From: Setoptus koraiensis
Lineage: Eukaryota; Animalia; Arthropoda
Assembly: GCA_048013815.1 (NCBI GenBank)
Contig: CM106586.1
Location: forward strand, 18,166,001 to 18,230,000
Reading direction: 5' to 3'
Length of the DNA stretch: 64,000 nucleotides
The translations under genes were made by a program, and so were the position numbers. A model generated the notes under the pieces. It was given only the letters and a program-made list of their open reading frames with translations. It was not told the origin of the DNA and ran no database searches. Below are positions 44,801 to 57,464 of this stretch, piece by piece (the stretch's first letter is position 1; each line of letters starts with the position of its first letter).

Positions 44801-47077
44801 GAATATCATGGGGCCATTTGACTATGCGTTAATCTCTTTATGTCGCCACCGGGCCACAATTGTCATGCTGGCAATATCCGAGCGGCGGCGGCGGCGGAAA
44901 TGGTTGCGCTTCAGCAGCAGGGAATCGTTATGATTATTATCGCTGCCACGGCAAGTGTCGTCGCTCGCCTAATGGAATCTCTATGCGTCTCGTCTCTGTC
45001 TATGTCTCGGCGCCTCTCTCGACTCTCTTGGCTGTCGGTGTAGTGGCGCATTAGTGACAATTTTATTGTATTATTGCCATTATGCTGGCCGACAACACGC
45101 AGGCATTAACACGAATTGCGCAATTGTTACCCTTTATTGTTATTGTTATTGGCGCACGACGACAGTTAGTATTCAGGGACTTGCTGGGCAATTTCACTGC
45201 CAGTTTGTTGTAACGCTGTTGCCTTGCTGACTGGCTCGGCCTCGTCATTCAACAACTTGGCCACAGCTTAAGCCGTTACGTGTGCGCTTACGCGGCCACA
45301 GTTACGTAAGCCTGGCCTCTTGCTTGTGCTGATTGTTGTGCTGTGTTGTTGCGGTCACCATAATAGCCGCCAAGCCGCTAATTCTGGACATTTCTGACTG
45401 GCACTACTTTTCCTCTGCAGCGCCTCTTGCTTCAGACTCGGGCTGACTCGGCAGCCCAAGCCAGGATATCACCATTTAATGTTAATGCCCGATCTGATTT
45501 AATGTCTCTTACTTGTGTATAGATACGCACTCAAGATAAATCTAGTTATCTCGGCAGCATCATCACAAATAGAGCCCCAAAGTGTGTATTACGACATGAC
45601 AACTGGCCCGTTTGCGACGACAATTCTGGTTGATTTGCTTTCGCGCGCTCGTCTCCGACTCGCAACTTGTGACTCGCAACTTCTGATCTAGTGACTGGCT
45701 AGTGACTGGCTAGCGGAATCTGGCGATCCGCAATAGTTTATAGTTTCAAGTGGAGGCCCAACGATGATTGTGTTTCGCAACGGAATGCAATCGCAACTCG
45801 AAAAGCTTGTTTTGACATGTCTGTTGTTTGCCTGTGAGCACACTTGACTAAGCAGCATCTCGAGTGACCGCTAATATCACTGACCAATAGTTGGCCTCTT
45901 TAGTTTGCCCGACTAATAGCTGGCGTCGACATTAACGAATGAAGCCAATGAAATGGCTGCATGTTTTGCCTGGCCCGGCCAGATCACACAGCCTGCAACT
46001 TGCATGCAAGATTGAGTTGTCGTTGTCCGGCTCAATCAAACATCATCAATTGAATTGTCAGCAAACTATTGGCCATTAAAACAACTCTAATGATAATAAT
46101 TATAACGATTGAATGGCCCCAATGGCCCCAAATTAATTAATGTCATGTGCCTACTCACCATTGTTCAGGCTTGGCCTAATTATGCTGGCTATCGACTCTA
46201 ATTGACCAAAATTGTTGCTTGCCACACACTTGAATGCATACTGGTGATTATCATGATGAGATTTCCAAGTTATTGGCTGCTGCTGCTGTTGTTGTTGTTG
46301 TTGTTGTTGCTGCTGCTGATTATTATTATGTAAGTAAACTGTTAATGTGGAGCCATCGTGGCTTACAGCAATGTTACTGTTGGCTAGCTGCTGTTTGCTG
46401 GCGAGCATTGGAGGATCCGTTTGTTGTTGTTGTTGCTTGACCGCTGTTAGTGAGTCCAGCAACGACGTCGACTGACCCACCAGTGTCCAAATGGGCTGAT
46501 CTGAGCTATCGTAATTGGCCAAATCTAACTGATTGATTGCCTCTAAATGATCACTTGTTGTTGCAGTTGTTGTTTTTGTTGCCGTTGCAGTTTTGGCAGT
46601 TGCACTTGGCGCGGCCCCAATCACCGACGAAGCCAGCTGATTGTTTGCTGTTGCCTGTTGGCTTGTTGCGGGCAGGCCAGACAAAATTTGTGACAAAGTT
46701 GCCGAAGTTGTGGTGCCCGTTGACAGTGTGTCTTGTTGGCGCTCATTCAGTATCTTTAACGCGTACCATTTTATCTTCACTTGCGGATAACCAACCGCCA
46801 AACAATTGAGCTTCATCGACATTGGCGATTCACCTGGCGACACAATTATGGAATCATTGGCACTGTTGCCGTTACCCAGGGGCTGATATTCAATTAGCGA
46901 CGGCGGGCCCCACAATAGTATGGGCCCTATTTGATTGAGTTGCTTGTGATGTTGCTGTTCGCTCGTGCGCCCATTGGCGGCGGCGGCGGCGCTCAGCGCT
47001 ACATTTGAAAGACTTGCAATTTGAATGATAATTATAAAACCTAACGATGCTGTGAAAGATGCTTTTTTGCGCCTCAT
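16273..47077 (-). CDS. Dscam: Shortened Dscam, whole model: join(47077..46159,24953..21536,21243..21191,20859..20757,20635..20325,20001..19477,19376..17940,17837..16273); 8331 nt, 2776 aa; SP-Ig1-Ig4..Ig9-FN1-FN2-FN5-FN6-TM-tail
   Basis: All seven introns are GT-AG and phase-compatible when checked base by base. Domain identities come from recalled similarity to Drosophila Dscam1. Extra unseen exons in intron 1 cannot be excluded. Confidence 0.85.
17940..19376 (-). CDS. Dscam: Dscam exon: FN1, FN2, FN5
   Basis: SWKPPFDGHSPL; EEAPSSPPTNI...GYYLGYK...YSVIIQAFNSAGLGP; LKCGTLYQAYIVPYNSIGKG...RTKG. Acceptor at 19377-19378, donor GTAAAG at 17939. Confidence 0.88.
19477..20001 (-). CDS. Dscam: Dscam exon: Ig9
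   Basis: AAHFTNKFETKYIRLNDEVELHCDPIG...QDSAEYTCLASNRFGHDEKVIKLFVQ, with canonical splice sites. Confidence 0.88.
20325..20635 (-). CDS. Dscam: Dscam exon: Ig8 C-terminal half
   Basis: LENASLVIRDVTKADQGYYLCQASNNFGSLSSLIKLTVN; AG at 20636-20637, GTGAG at 20324. Confidence 0.85.
20757..20859 (-). CDS. Dscam: Dscam small exon: Ig8 N-terminal half
   Basis: VPPRWVIAPKDIEAVSGQNVVIECQARAYPSPRIW; 103 nt; AG at 20860-20861, GTAAG at 20756. Confidence 0.85.
21191..21243 (-). CDS. Dscam: Dscam 53-nt micro-exon: Ig7 G strand
   Basis: (M)ATNRAASVNYTTRMVVN completes GNYTC; AG at 21244-21245, GTGAG at 21190. Confidence 0.82.
21536..24953 (-). CDS. Dscam: Dscam giant exon: Ig4, Ig5, Ig6 and most of Ig7
   Basis: GDKVSIKCEATG...IGDYVSQDNHVHSFVNIS...DGGYYTC; VQCPYSGYPV...HPNGTLVIQDV...DQGFYKC; LTCSVIEGDSPVTLKWFKD...DSGNYTC. 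AG at 24954-24955, GTAAG at 21535. Confidence 0.9.
31173..31226. repeat. Inverted repeat/hairpin: 22-nt arms, 10-nt loop
   Basis: AGCTCGTAGCATATCCGAGCTC pairs with GAGCTCGAATATGCTATGAGCT; 20 of 22 Watson-Crick pairs. Confidence 0.85.
34382..34448. repeat. Tandem 20-mer (AGCTAGCGTCACCAGCGGCG) about x3
   Basis: Direct reading. Confidence 0.85.
37424..37489. repeat. Tandem 14-mer (CAGTCGCAAGCCAA) about x4.5
   Basis: Direct reading. Confidence 0.85.
39192..39245. repeat. (CGCATATAT)6 tandem repeat
   Basis: Six exact 9-nt copies. Confidence 0.92.
39620..39674. repeat. Inverted repeat/hairpin: perfect 19-bp stem extending to 22 bp, 11-nt loop
   Basis: TACATAGTATAGGGGGCGC (39623-39641) pairs with GCGCCCCCTATACTATGTA (39653-39671). 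Confidence 0.9.
40005..40056. repeat. Inverted repeat/hairpin: 22-bp stem, 8-nt loop, adjoining a x3 18-mer tandem array (from about 39960)
   Basis: CTGTCGGGCCGGCAAACTAATC pairs with GATTAGTTTGCCGACCCGACAG; one mismatch. Confidence 0.9.
41202..41261. repeat. Tandem 11-mer (GAGCCCAATTC) about x5
   Basis: Direct reading. Confidence 0.88.
44586..44652. repeat. Tandem 21-mer (GCCATGCCGAGAATTGGCGCC) x3
   Basis: Direct reading. Confidence 0.88.
46159..47077 (-). CDS. Dscam: Dscam first coding exon: signal peptide plus Ig1 (start probably ATG 47077; upstream in-frame ATGs up to 47206)
   Basis: MRRKKASFTASLGFIIIIQIASLSNVALSA; GPILLWGPPSLIEY...LNCLAVGYPQVKIKWY...HQYAFKCVASNNFGQLES. Donor G|GTGAG at 46158. 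Confidence 0.82.
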
Positions 47078-48579
47078 TTGCGCCAACACGCCATCTCTTG
47101 TTGTGGCCTCAACTTGTTCACTGTGCGAACGACGCATCGACGCGCCGATGCTGGCGGCCATCGGATGATCGGCGGCCGGTCGGCATTTGCCTTGGCTATT
47201 GGCCATTTCTCTCAATTATTATTGCTGTTGGCTGTCGAAGCTAATTGTCAATTAGCTAATACATTACATAAGTCAATCAGTGGCAGTCATACTGTTTGCA
47301 TACTAATTTGCGCACCTTTGTGTTGTTGTGTTTTTGTCGTGTCTCACTGCGTCAGCTATTAACTATTAGGAACTTTATTTAACCGTTTGGCACCGTCTTG
47401 TCACTGTTGTTTACTTGCTGTTTGGCTGCCCAATGTGTGCACCACGACACTCAACTAGCGAACTAGCTCGATATAGACAAACAAACGATGCAAAGGCTCA
47501 CGTTTCTTTTCGTCCAAATTGGGGCGCTTGCGCACAATATCGCTGGCCTGGGCAACTTGTGGGGGCCCGTTGTGCCATTTGTGCACTCGCGCGATTGCGC
47601 AGATATTTGCGTGTGCCCGCTCGCTCGCCGCACAACATTATATTGGCACGAATGATGTGAAGAGGGTGCAATGAGTTGTAAGGAGCACAAAATGGGATAA
47701 AATTGGCGGGCAAGTCGCGCGGAGACATATGTCACATACAGACACGGCTCACGATGGGGCCAGCTTCTGGTGATGGGCTGCGCGGCTGGTCGCCGGCGGT
47801 GTCATGGTGGCACAGTTGACAATAGTCAAATGAATGATAACAACGCCACTCGTGTTGATACAAACTCGAGTAGCGAGATGCAAATTTTGCTCGTGCACAC
47901 ACACACACGCGCGTCGACATTATTTGCTGTTTGCCCAATGATGACAAATCAATCATTCGCCACAGAGGGCGCCCCTAATCGCATGCAAAGGCGTCACTGT
48001 TGTGTGTCATAATTGACACTCGATAGACAATGCCGCTCGTGTCAGCTCGCTCGAAGCGACAATATAATAACAATAATAATAATATTTCGCCATCAATTGC
48101 GTCACACGCGATGCGCGAGCTTGTCATGCGGCGGGCCGGTGTTGCGCGGCGATTGCGAGGCGCCCCCGACTTTGGATAGCTCGTGCAGCGTGAGTGCGAT
48201 GCACGCACACGCCCGCCTGACGCTGGCGAGCGCTGGTCGGACGGGGGCCGGCGCCGGGCCAAAAACATAAATTAATTGGGACAGGGCGCAGTCATTGATT
48301 AGGGAATCGCATCGCATGAAACCTTGTTGTTGTTTATCTCGCTTGTAAACCTGAAAATCTGGCTCGCGATCTGGCCCATCTGTCCGGTTCGCTGGCCGAC
48401 TGGCCGGCCCGGAAATGTTGCGCGTCCGCGCGGTGCCCGGCCGAACGCTGCTCGCCGGCATGATAATCGGCCTGATCCAAATCTGCGCGCGGGGGCGCCC
48501 GGGACAGGGCCCGTATCCGCGGCCGTACATATAAAAAACTATATCTGTTACTGCAAAGTTGCCGCTTTTGTTTGCTTCG

Positions 48580-48696
<117 letters not shown>

Positions 48697-51018
48697 GATA
48701 CACGGCGTGGCGCTTTGTTTTGGCCAGACTACTTACATATTCTGCATATACTGCTGCCGTGCGTACTGGCGTTATGTACAACAGAGCCGCTATAAAATAA
48801 CTGCCAGCGGTGGTAGTTATGTAACGGAGCCATTTATATACCATCATGGCTTATCAAGTTTTAATTAGCACACCATGAACACAACGCAACGCCGGCCAGA
48901 CAGCCAGCGAGAGAGACAGAGGGAGACACTGAGTGTTTTAGTCGTTAGAGTGCGCATCATTTCACCCAAACTAACTCTCGGCCGCTATCAAGTGAGTGTG
49001 ATTAACAATTAACTAGTCGCTTGCTCTTTTTGTGCCTCTCTCACTCGCATAAGCCACCATTGTTACATAACCATTGTGTGTGGCACACAGCGACGGAATA
49101 CGTGTGATTGTTGTTATTTTGGATTTAGACCAGCAAAACAACAACAACAACAGCAACAGCAGCGACGGCAAATGCCCGACCGAATGCCACCGAAACACCA
49201 CCGAAATACTCGCCAATGTACAAGGCTCGCTGGCGTCGCTCTTGATGACGTTGTAATATGGCGACATTAATATTATCCACTGCGGGGCAGTAAACAGACA
49301 GCAGCAGCAGCAGCAAAACTATCAGCCGGGCGCAAGTGTCAGATTAAAGATTCGCGCCGGCCCCACTGGCTGCGCGTGCCCCATGAGCAGTGTGCCCCAC
49401 GAGCAGTGTGCCCCATAAGCGGCCAGCTCTGTGCCGCGCAACAACTCGCCTGGCAGCCGAAATTGGGGCCCGATAGAGAGACAATAGATAATGAAGCTTG
49501 CATGTTTGCATGCGCCGGGCGAGCTTCTGGCAATCAGTGCTGGCTGGCTGGCTGGCTGGCGGGCGGGCTGGGACGTTGCCAAGACTGGCGGCGCGCCGAA
49601 CCAGCCAGCCAACTCTGCGCCGACTAAATAATAATCCGCTTGCATCGCGCGACAGTATCCGCTGGGCGCACATTAATCACAATTAACAAATGCGTCGCCA
49701 GCCAGCGAGATAATACATTTATTTTACAGAGATAACCCCCTCGTCTTGCCACTTGAGCTTGCCTGCTGGCTGCGCGCTGGCGTCTGCTGGCGCCTATGCG
49801 CGCCCTCTATTTGGGCGAGTGGGCTCATTTGCGCCCCTCGCCAATTTCGCTGCCAAGTTGCCGGCTTGGCGTGCTGCCATATTGCGCGCGAATATATAAT
49901 ACACACACACACACACGACACACAATAACATATAATGACGACGATCGTGATAATAATCTCAGTTAACGGTTGCGCACGTTCAATGGGCCAAAAAATGGGC
50001 CGAGAGAGGGCCGAGAGACGGGCCGAGAGATGGGCCAAGAGATGGGCCGATAGACCGGCGCTGTGCCCAAGGACGGCGTTGGCGCAACCCAACAGGGTCG
50101 GCCGGCGACAGGGCACCAGAAATAATTGTTTGTTGTCGAGAACAAGTTGTCGCAGGTTGACGCTCGCACTCGGCCGGGGCTCGCTGGGGCCCGCAATCGA
50201 CGCCGCAACACCGCCACTGGCCCAACCGGTAAACAATAATCACCCGGGGCGACACCTACGCGGCCCAACTTCACAGGCCAATACAAATTATGTAACGCAA
50301 ATTGCGTGCTCATCGACCATCAATTTGATGCAGTTTTTCGTTGCTTGTCGCCGTTGACTTTGCTTAGTTCATGTCGCAACTTTGTTTGCTCGCTTGGCGC
50401 AAATTGTTTTGGCCGTACCGCCGCACCACTGCTGGCGGTACGGCCAAACTCTGGGTCATGACGCAACGCTCTTGTTAGGCTCACCTGGACTGGAATGGAC
50501 AACACATGGCGCCAACAAAACCAGACGAGAGTGTCCTCTCGTGAGAGGGCACCAGTGGCCATTATTATCTCTCTCGACTGGCAAGCTATGCGAGTTTTCA
50601 ATGTGTGATAGCCAGTCAAATCTATCATCGATACAGCCAAGTTCGTGTCGGATAAACCAATGGCACGGCTTTGTGCCGTGTTGCCGACATAATGATATCG
50701 ATGCAGGCCTCTGCAAAGATCTGTGTGCGATCTGTGTGCGATCGCATATGCGCTCGCAATATCCGAGTGGCGCGATTTATCTCTCTCATGTGCCAGCAAA
50801 CAGTGCCCGTGTCTAGCTGCTATTTTATCCACTTGTTTACACACCATTTAACACACCAGAGCATCGACCTGGCCGCGCGCCATCACCTACCCGACAAAGA
50901 TGGAGATTTTCTCGAGAGAATATTCACTAGAGCAAAGAGTTTTAATGTCGGCATTTATCGTCCCTTTTAATGGATACTGTGCGCCAGCGTCTTTTGTTGC
51001 GCGCCAGCGCGGGCCCCC

Positions 51019-51080
51019 TCTCTGGCTCGGCCGTCTCTGGCTCGGCCGTCTCTGGCTCGGCTGTCTCTGGCTCGGCTGTC
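51019..51080. repeat. Tandem 15-mer (TCTCTGGCTCGGCYG) x4
   Basis: Direct reading. Confidence 0.88.
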
Positions 51081-54000
51081 CACTGATGGTCGCTGGCGCA
51101 TGCTGGTGCCCCTGCTACAAACAACCGGCGGACGCACCAGCGGATAAACAACAAAAGTCATCATGATGATCATGATCATAAAAACTGGCATAGCTACCGT
51201 CGGCCGCACATAAACGACACATAAATGATGATAGAACCTGAGAACACGAGCACGAATTGAATAATATCATGATGGATGACGAGAGGCAATCAGGTGAATG
51301 CGGATAAATAGCGGCATGAGTGATGCCAGCCGATCTTACAAACAACAACCACTAACAACTGCCACACGGGCCTCTAACGACTTGCCGGCTTTGCCGTCTG
51401 ACCAGCGCATTGAGCAGCAGCAGCGCAGCGTACCTTTGAGGCCCATTTCGTGCCGGGCTCTGGCGTGCCGAGCCGAGCTGAGCTCTCAAAAGTATGTCTC
51501 ATAAAAGAAGAGACAGATCAAAACAAGCGGGCATGTTTCGCCCATCGGCCCGCGCCCCTGGTGGCTTGATATGACGACCCTTTCAAAAACACACGACAAA
51601 CACAAGATTGATGGAGGTCTTATTTCGCGAACGCTCCGCCAATTGCATCGTCCGTCCGCCCCCGAACCAGCACCCACTGAATTGAATATAGGCCAATTGA
51701 ATGTTGGCCCAGCCAGTGAGTGGGGGCCCCACCATGCCAACAACATGGCTCCAAATCCAAATTGAACAAATGACAGACAAAACGTTATTATTATTTGTCA
51801 CACAAATGAACAACTGCTGCATCACAAGCTGACCATTCAATTTAGCTAACCAGAAAAACAATAACATCGGCTATAAAGAGCAGTGCATGTAAACAACAAC
51901 AATCTCGCACAAACAACAACAACAACAACAAACAATCGTCTCGGCGTTTATATTTATCGTCGTCGAGTATATGGTCGTCGTCGTCGTCGAGTTTTTAACC
52001 ATTACTCCACATCTTTGCCCTTTGGCTGCAACATTGATACATGCAACAACTGTATACTAAATATACACTAAATGTATCAACTCCGCCCTGGATGATTCAT
52101 CGCGGATGAGTTCATTTATGTAGCGCGGCAATTGAAGCTTGAAATTGCGAAGCTCCAAAGCAAAACATTTCGACCACTCGTCTTGATTTGTTGAACGACG
52201 ACGACAAAGTCGTTGAGAATTCATCAGAGCATCAACTAATGGTGCCCACTCATTTTGCAAACACACTAATGTTTGCCTTGCATACGGGGCCCATATTGCA
52301 CCGGTTTACCTCAGGCTGAATATGTGCGATGCCAGCGACCTGGTTGCGTGACCAGGTCACTAGTGCTGCCTAGTGCTGCCGGGCTTTTGAATGGTCCGCG
52401 AGCTAGGTCATTTGTAACTATCAACGGCAATGTGAAACAGGTGCCGTCGTGTCTCAGACTCAAGATTGTGTCGCGGTCAACGCTATTGCGCCATGACAGA
52501 TACTGTAGTGGTCAGTGGCACGGCGACACGGACACTGGCAGACGACAATGAGGCCAAAAAGGACAGTCATGCCTGGAAACAAACAATTGGCGACCCCTCC
52601 ATGAAAATGTCTCCTCTCTCTCTCTCAGAGGACAGAGGTCCAGCAAAACAGCAAAGAGCACGTGCTTGCGGCTTTCTGTCCGGCAAACTATCAGAGCAGA
52701 GCCGCACGATTGCACGTGACGACAATTTTGGGCGCGTTTGAGTTTGTTTGCGGCAGCAGTTTGTTGCTGTGTCAGTTTCAGTTGTTTCGGTCAGCGCACT
52801 TGTGAGCGGAATTTTTTCAGCACTGACCTTACCGACAGTATCTGGGGCAGCGAATCAACCAAGCAACCATTAATTGGCACACATCAAATGACAATTGATA
52901 GTTAATTGGTCTTGTAGACAACTCTTGATTTAATGGGTTCGCCAGAAGATTCGCGTCGAGCGCGCATGATGTTCGAAGCGGGTGCAATCTCCTCTGGCTG
53001 GCCGGCGACGCCAGCCACAACTCTGGCTACAAACCGCACAAACCACACAAACTGGCAATGGCGAATTTGTTTATCGCATTGCCGCATAATCTGCCGCCGA
53101 CAGGTAGTATTTATGGTTTTTCGCGCACCACACATTGGAAAATAAATAAAAAATTTATATTAACACACCGGATAAACTTTGTAAAAAGTGGCACTTTGAT
53201 AGAGAATAATAAACAAAGTGTGCAATAAACACTCTGCAATCATAAAGTGGTGACAGAGTAGTGACACGTTCCGACGAGCAGCGATGACGACAAGCGCAAG
53301 AGGAAAACACAGACAGAGCTCATGTGTTCGCTGTTGGATCCTTTGTCTTGGCGAGCGACGACGCCGATAACAGACTGACATTAGTGACTCAAACAATGAC
53401 TCAATGCACCTGTCATTTGCTACTCATGTTTACAACATGCAGCCAGTGAAGCTGCTGAACTAGATTGGAATTTTTACGAATCTCATTCGCAAAATCTCTA
53501 CTCGAGACAGTGGGCAACATTGTGATATCAAGGTCCATTAAATCACATTCGCTCGCTTATCAGGTGGCTTACTCGCAGATAGAGACAACGAAAAGAGAAA
53601 GCGACCAAAAACAAGCAACAAGAGAGACAGAAATCAATCAATACGCTGCTGTTATTTGATTGCACCTTTATTTTGGCCAACACTCTCGCTGCTGTGTTGC
53701 AGCAAGTTAGTGAGTCTGATAAATAGTGAGTAATAGAGTTGTGTGTCGATTTTAACTGATTTGATTTTGTTTTTAGTTTTGCTCGCTGACGTTTGTTTTT
53801 TGTCTTGTGTGTGTGTGTGTGTGTGTGTGTTATAACTCTCAAGGTAGTTGAAACACTTGTTAGTGTAGCGACACGGCAAACACAACGCCGTTCACAATGG
53901 CACACAATGCTGTGTATCAAGTGTATTATACAAGTGTATTCATTCAATTGTCATTGGCGCATTAGCTTGGTGCGGCTGTCGGTGTTTGTCATCATTTGTA

Positions 54001-57000
54001 ACTGTAACTGTCTTGCCAATGACATTCGTATGACTGTTTGTTACTACTTGTTAGCAAGGCAGCGCAGCGAAAGCAAACGCAACGCACCGCCATCAGCAGC
54101 CATAGCGGATAGTGCCCAAGTGTGTATTAGTGGCTGCTACTGTAAATGTAAGCATGAGCTGTATATAGTAGACACACTGTCGTTATAGAGGAAAGAACTA
54201 TTATCTAACTGGTAGTGGAGATTGCGTAATAATAGTTGCAACATTGAGCCGGGCAAAAACTGGTATTGTTATACCAGCTCGCAACAACAACAACAACAAC
54301 TTAATAATAATAAACCAGTGTCCATGATGAGTCACTCTACAGTCTAAGGTAACATGCGCACCGATTGAACAACGGACTGGGCCGAATAATAGTCAAATTA
54401 ATAAATAGTCAAGTCAATAATTAAATAACTAAATATACTTGCTTGTTAGCACAATATAATGGTATTAGTTTGAAGTTTAGACAAAAATGTTGATAGTTGC
54501 GGCAATTATCGCAAATTTTAACTATCGGCAACGCAATAGCAGCTGCACAACTATTGTGCAGCAGCGGCGGCGGCAAACATTTGCCCATTAATGCGATACC
54601 ACACAGCACAAAACGCACACAAGATGCTCATTTCGTCTGCAAACTGCAGCCATCGCATAGTTTGTCGCAGTAAATGCTATACACAATCGTAATTATAACC
54701 ATATTGGGCAATTGTCTCACAGTAACACCGTTCAAAGCTGCCACTCGTCACTGATCGGCGTGTGTTGACTATTATTAGCCAACTTGTGCCATCATTTGGT
54801 CGTTGGCTAGCAATTGTTGTCGCGATCAACTGGCCCATGACAACACATCGGCGATCGTCTCTAAACAGTCGCACACAGTGAAGTTACCCATAGCCATATA
54901 GCCGCATAGCCACATGGCCAGCCACTGGCGTGCATGCCGGCATGTTGTTATTAGACATGTCGATATCAGCGACAGCAGGTAGCAACAACATAAATAAATA
55001 AAGCTTTCACTTGTTGCTCAAGCCAATTTATATCATCGTCGACAGCCACCGACAGTCAGAAGCCACTGACAGCCAGAAGCCCCCGACAGCCAGAAGCCAG
55101 CCGAAAGCGAGCGAATCGTCTCGAGAGATAATTGACTTGCGATATTAGCATGGCGCCATTTTGGCACCTGTTGTAGCGAGCCCATTAGCTGTTACCTGTT
55201 ACATCTTAACTCTCACACTCTGACAGTCACAGTCTGACTGGCTTGTGTGTTTGTAGACGACGAGCACAACTTTTGATGGCTAACTAGATTGTTGCATTAT
55301 GTGTCAGTGTCGCTCTTGTTGTGCCGCTCATTGTCCATGACAATGATATCAATATAGTGCAAATGTTATTAAATTGTACGGTGTATTGTGTGCAGCCCGA
55401 TAACACATCGACAAGGATAAATCATCCCGAATCAAAGTGTTTGTTCGATTGCCAATCGTCGAACATGGTGCAATTCGCGCGCCAATCAGCCAAGCAAATT
55501 CGAGAGCGCGACCCGACTTCAATTCGATAATATCATCAATACGCGAGCTTCTTTTCGCACCAACACACACACATACAAACATACAAACTTACAAACATGC
55601 AAACATTCATACATAGTGCACAGTGTACAATGCCAGTTTGATCTTAATTTCGCTGGCCAATTGCAGCAGCCAAGCGAGCGGCAGCAGCCAAACTAATCGC
55701 AATCAAATCTCGGCAACTCAAGACCGGCCAACCCGACCAACACAACGAGTGCAGCAACCAGTTGAGAGCCGGCAAACAATCATAGCGAGACAAGAGAAAT
55801 AGATTGTCGGCATCAATAAATCATCGGACGGAATGCACTTACAAGTTAGCCAAGTTTATTTGCATGGCGCCGCCTAGCTTGTTTGCAAACAGTAAATAAT
55901 AGTAAATAGTAAATGAATGAATAATAATCCGCGCTAATGAATATCTGCGTGTGCCCCTCGGATGAGCGACTGTTGCACAACCGCATTTAACCATAAGATA
56001 ATCCCCTGGCATACCGATCTCAGCCGCTAATGAGCCGCATTTGCCTGTGTCGGGCACTAGACCAAGCGCAGCCACTCCGCTCCACTCCAGGCATTTATCC
56101 AGGCAACTATCCACGCCAATATCCACGCAACTATCCACACAACTATCCACACGAGCGGTAGCGTGAATATCAGTGCTCGTCAGATATTATTACATTTGAT
56201 TTATATATTATTCTATTATTATTATCATCTTGAGCGTGGCATTTCCCAAGACGACGACACCAATTACTACAACATCTTCTCTGGCACGCTACTGGCACCA
56301 GGCGAATCAGCATCGGCAAACAACGAGCGATAACAAGTGTTTGTTATCGCTACCCGGCTAACCTTCAATCTTTTAATCCGAACACACGACGGCGACTACG
56401 ACGCTGCCGCCGCCACTCAGTTAAATTGTGCAATTGTGCCTCAATAACGAAAAGGTGCAAATTATATTATTATTATTATCGTCATACTATTATGACTATT
56501 TGATAGAGCCATCAGGCGCGCAAGAGCAGCCATAAAGCCGTTGCCAGCCATCGCCTGTCGGGCAAGCGAGCGCGAATCTGACAATCTGTGAGTGGCGAGA
56601 ATTCGTCTAGGGAAGACACAAGCGAAGCCAACACAAGCGGAGCCAACACGAGAAGCCAACACAAGCGAAGCCAACACGAGAAGCCAACACAAGAAGCCAA
56701 CAAAGAGGCAGAAGCAGTCGACTGGTTTGCCGAGTCGCGTCGTATCGAGTATCATCCAATATAACAAGTGCGTGCGGTGATGGCGCATTCTTATCGGTCT
56801 CTCGCCAAGATCATCGAGTTGAGCAAGCGGAGACAGTGCGAGAGTACGCGAGAAAGCGAAAGCAAATGAGCAAAGCGATTGTAGTTGCAGCAGACAACAA
56901 GAAGGTTAAGGCAGGTAGGTGTGTGTGTGTGTGTGTGTAGTAACAACGATAATTCCCCTGCCTTCCATCCAGCGACGCTGTCAGACAGATCACAATTGCC

Positions 57001-57464
57001 GAATTGCCCAACTGCCGACTGGCAAACTCAAAACTCTCAAACAGGTAACAGCGCCGTCCGCGATGATCTAGCAAGAGGGTCAGTCGCAGCGATACGCTAG
57101 CCCCGTATGGGATATGGTCACACGCAAACAAACGCCGGCGACACATATCAGATATTTTCGTGGCATCACAACGTTTGTGTGCGCTGAGGACACTGGCAAC
57201 TGTCAGCGAGCAACTGCAAAAGCATTTGAAATTATCCCTGTTAGCGCTGCAAACGAGCAAACTCAATTCGCTGCCATTCGGCGTGTGTCACATGTGAGAA
57301 GCTCGCTGACACACAACGACCGGTGTGTGAGCTTGGCAATTAGTCGTCAGTTGTCATATTGGAGCGTCGTCGTTTAGCATCTCGTCAGCGAAACAAACAA
57401 CAACAGCGACGAACAACGGGAGCGCCGAATCTAGAACAACAACAACAATCGAGTCGTAACTGGG

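Noticed and set aside
24956-46158. Arrays of mutually exclusive Ig exons or tandem 5' cassettes (hypervariable Dscam1 or sDscam type)
   Set aside because: No repeated Ig-like exon sequences found by eye in intron 1.
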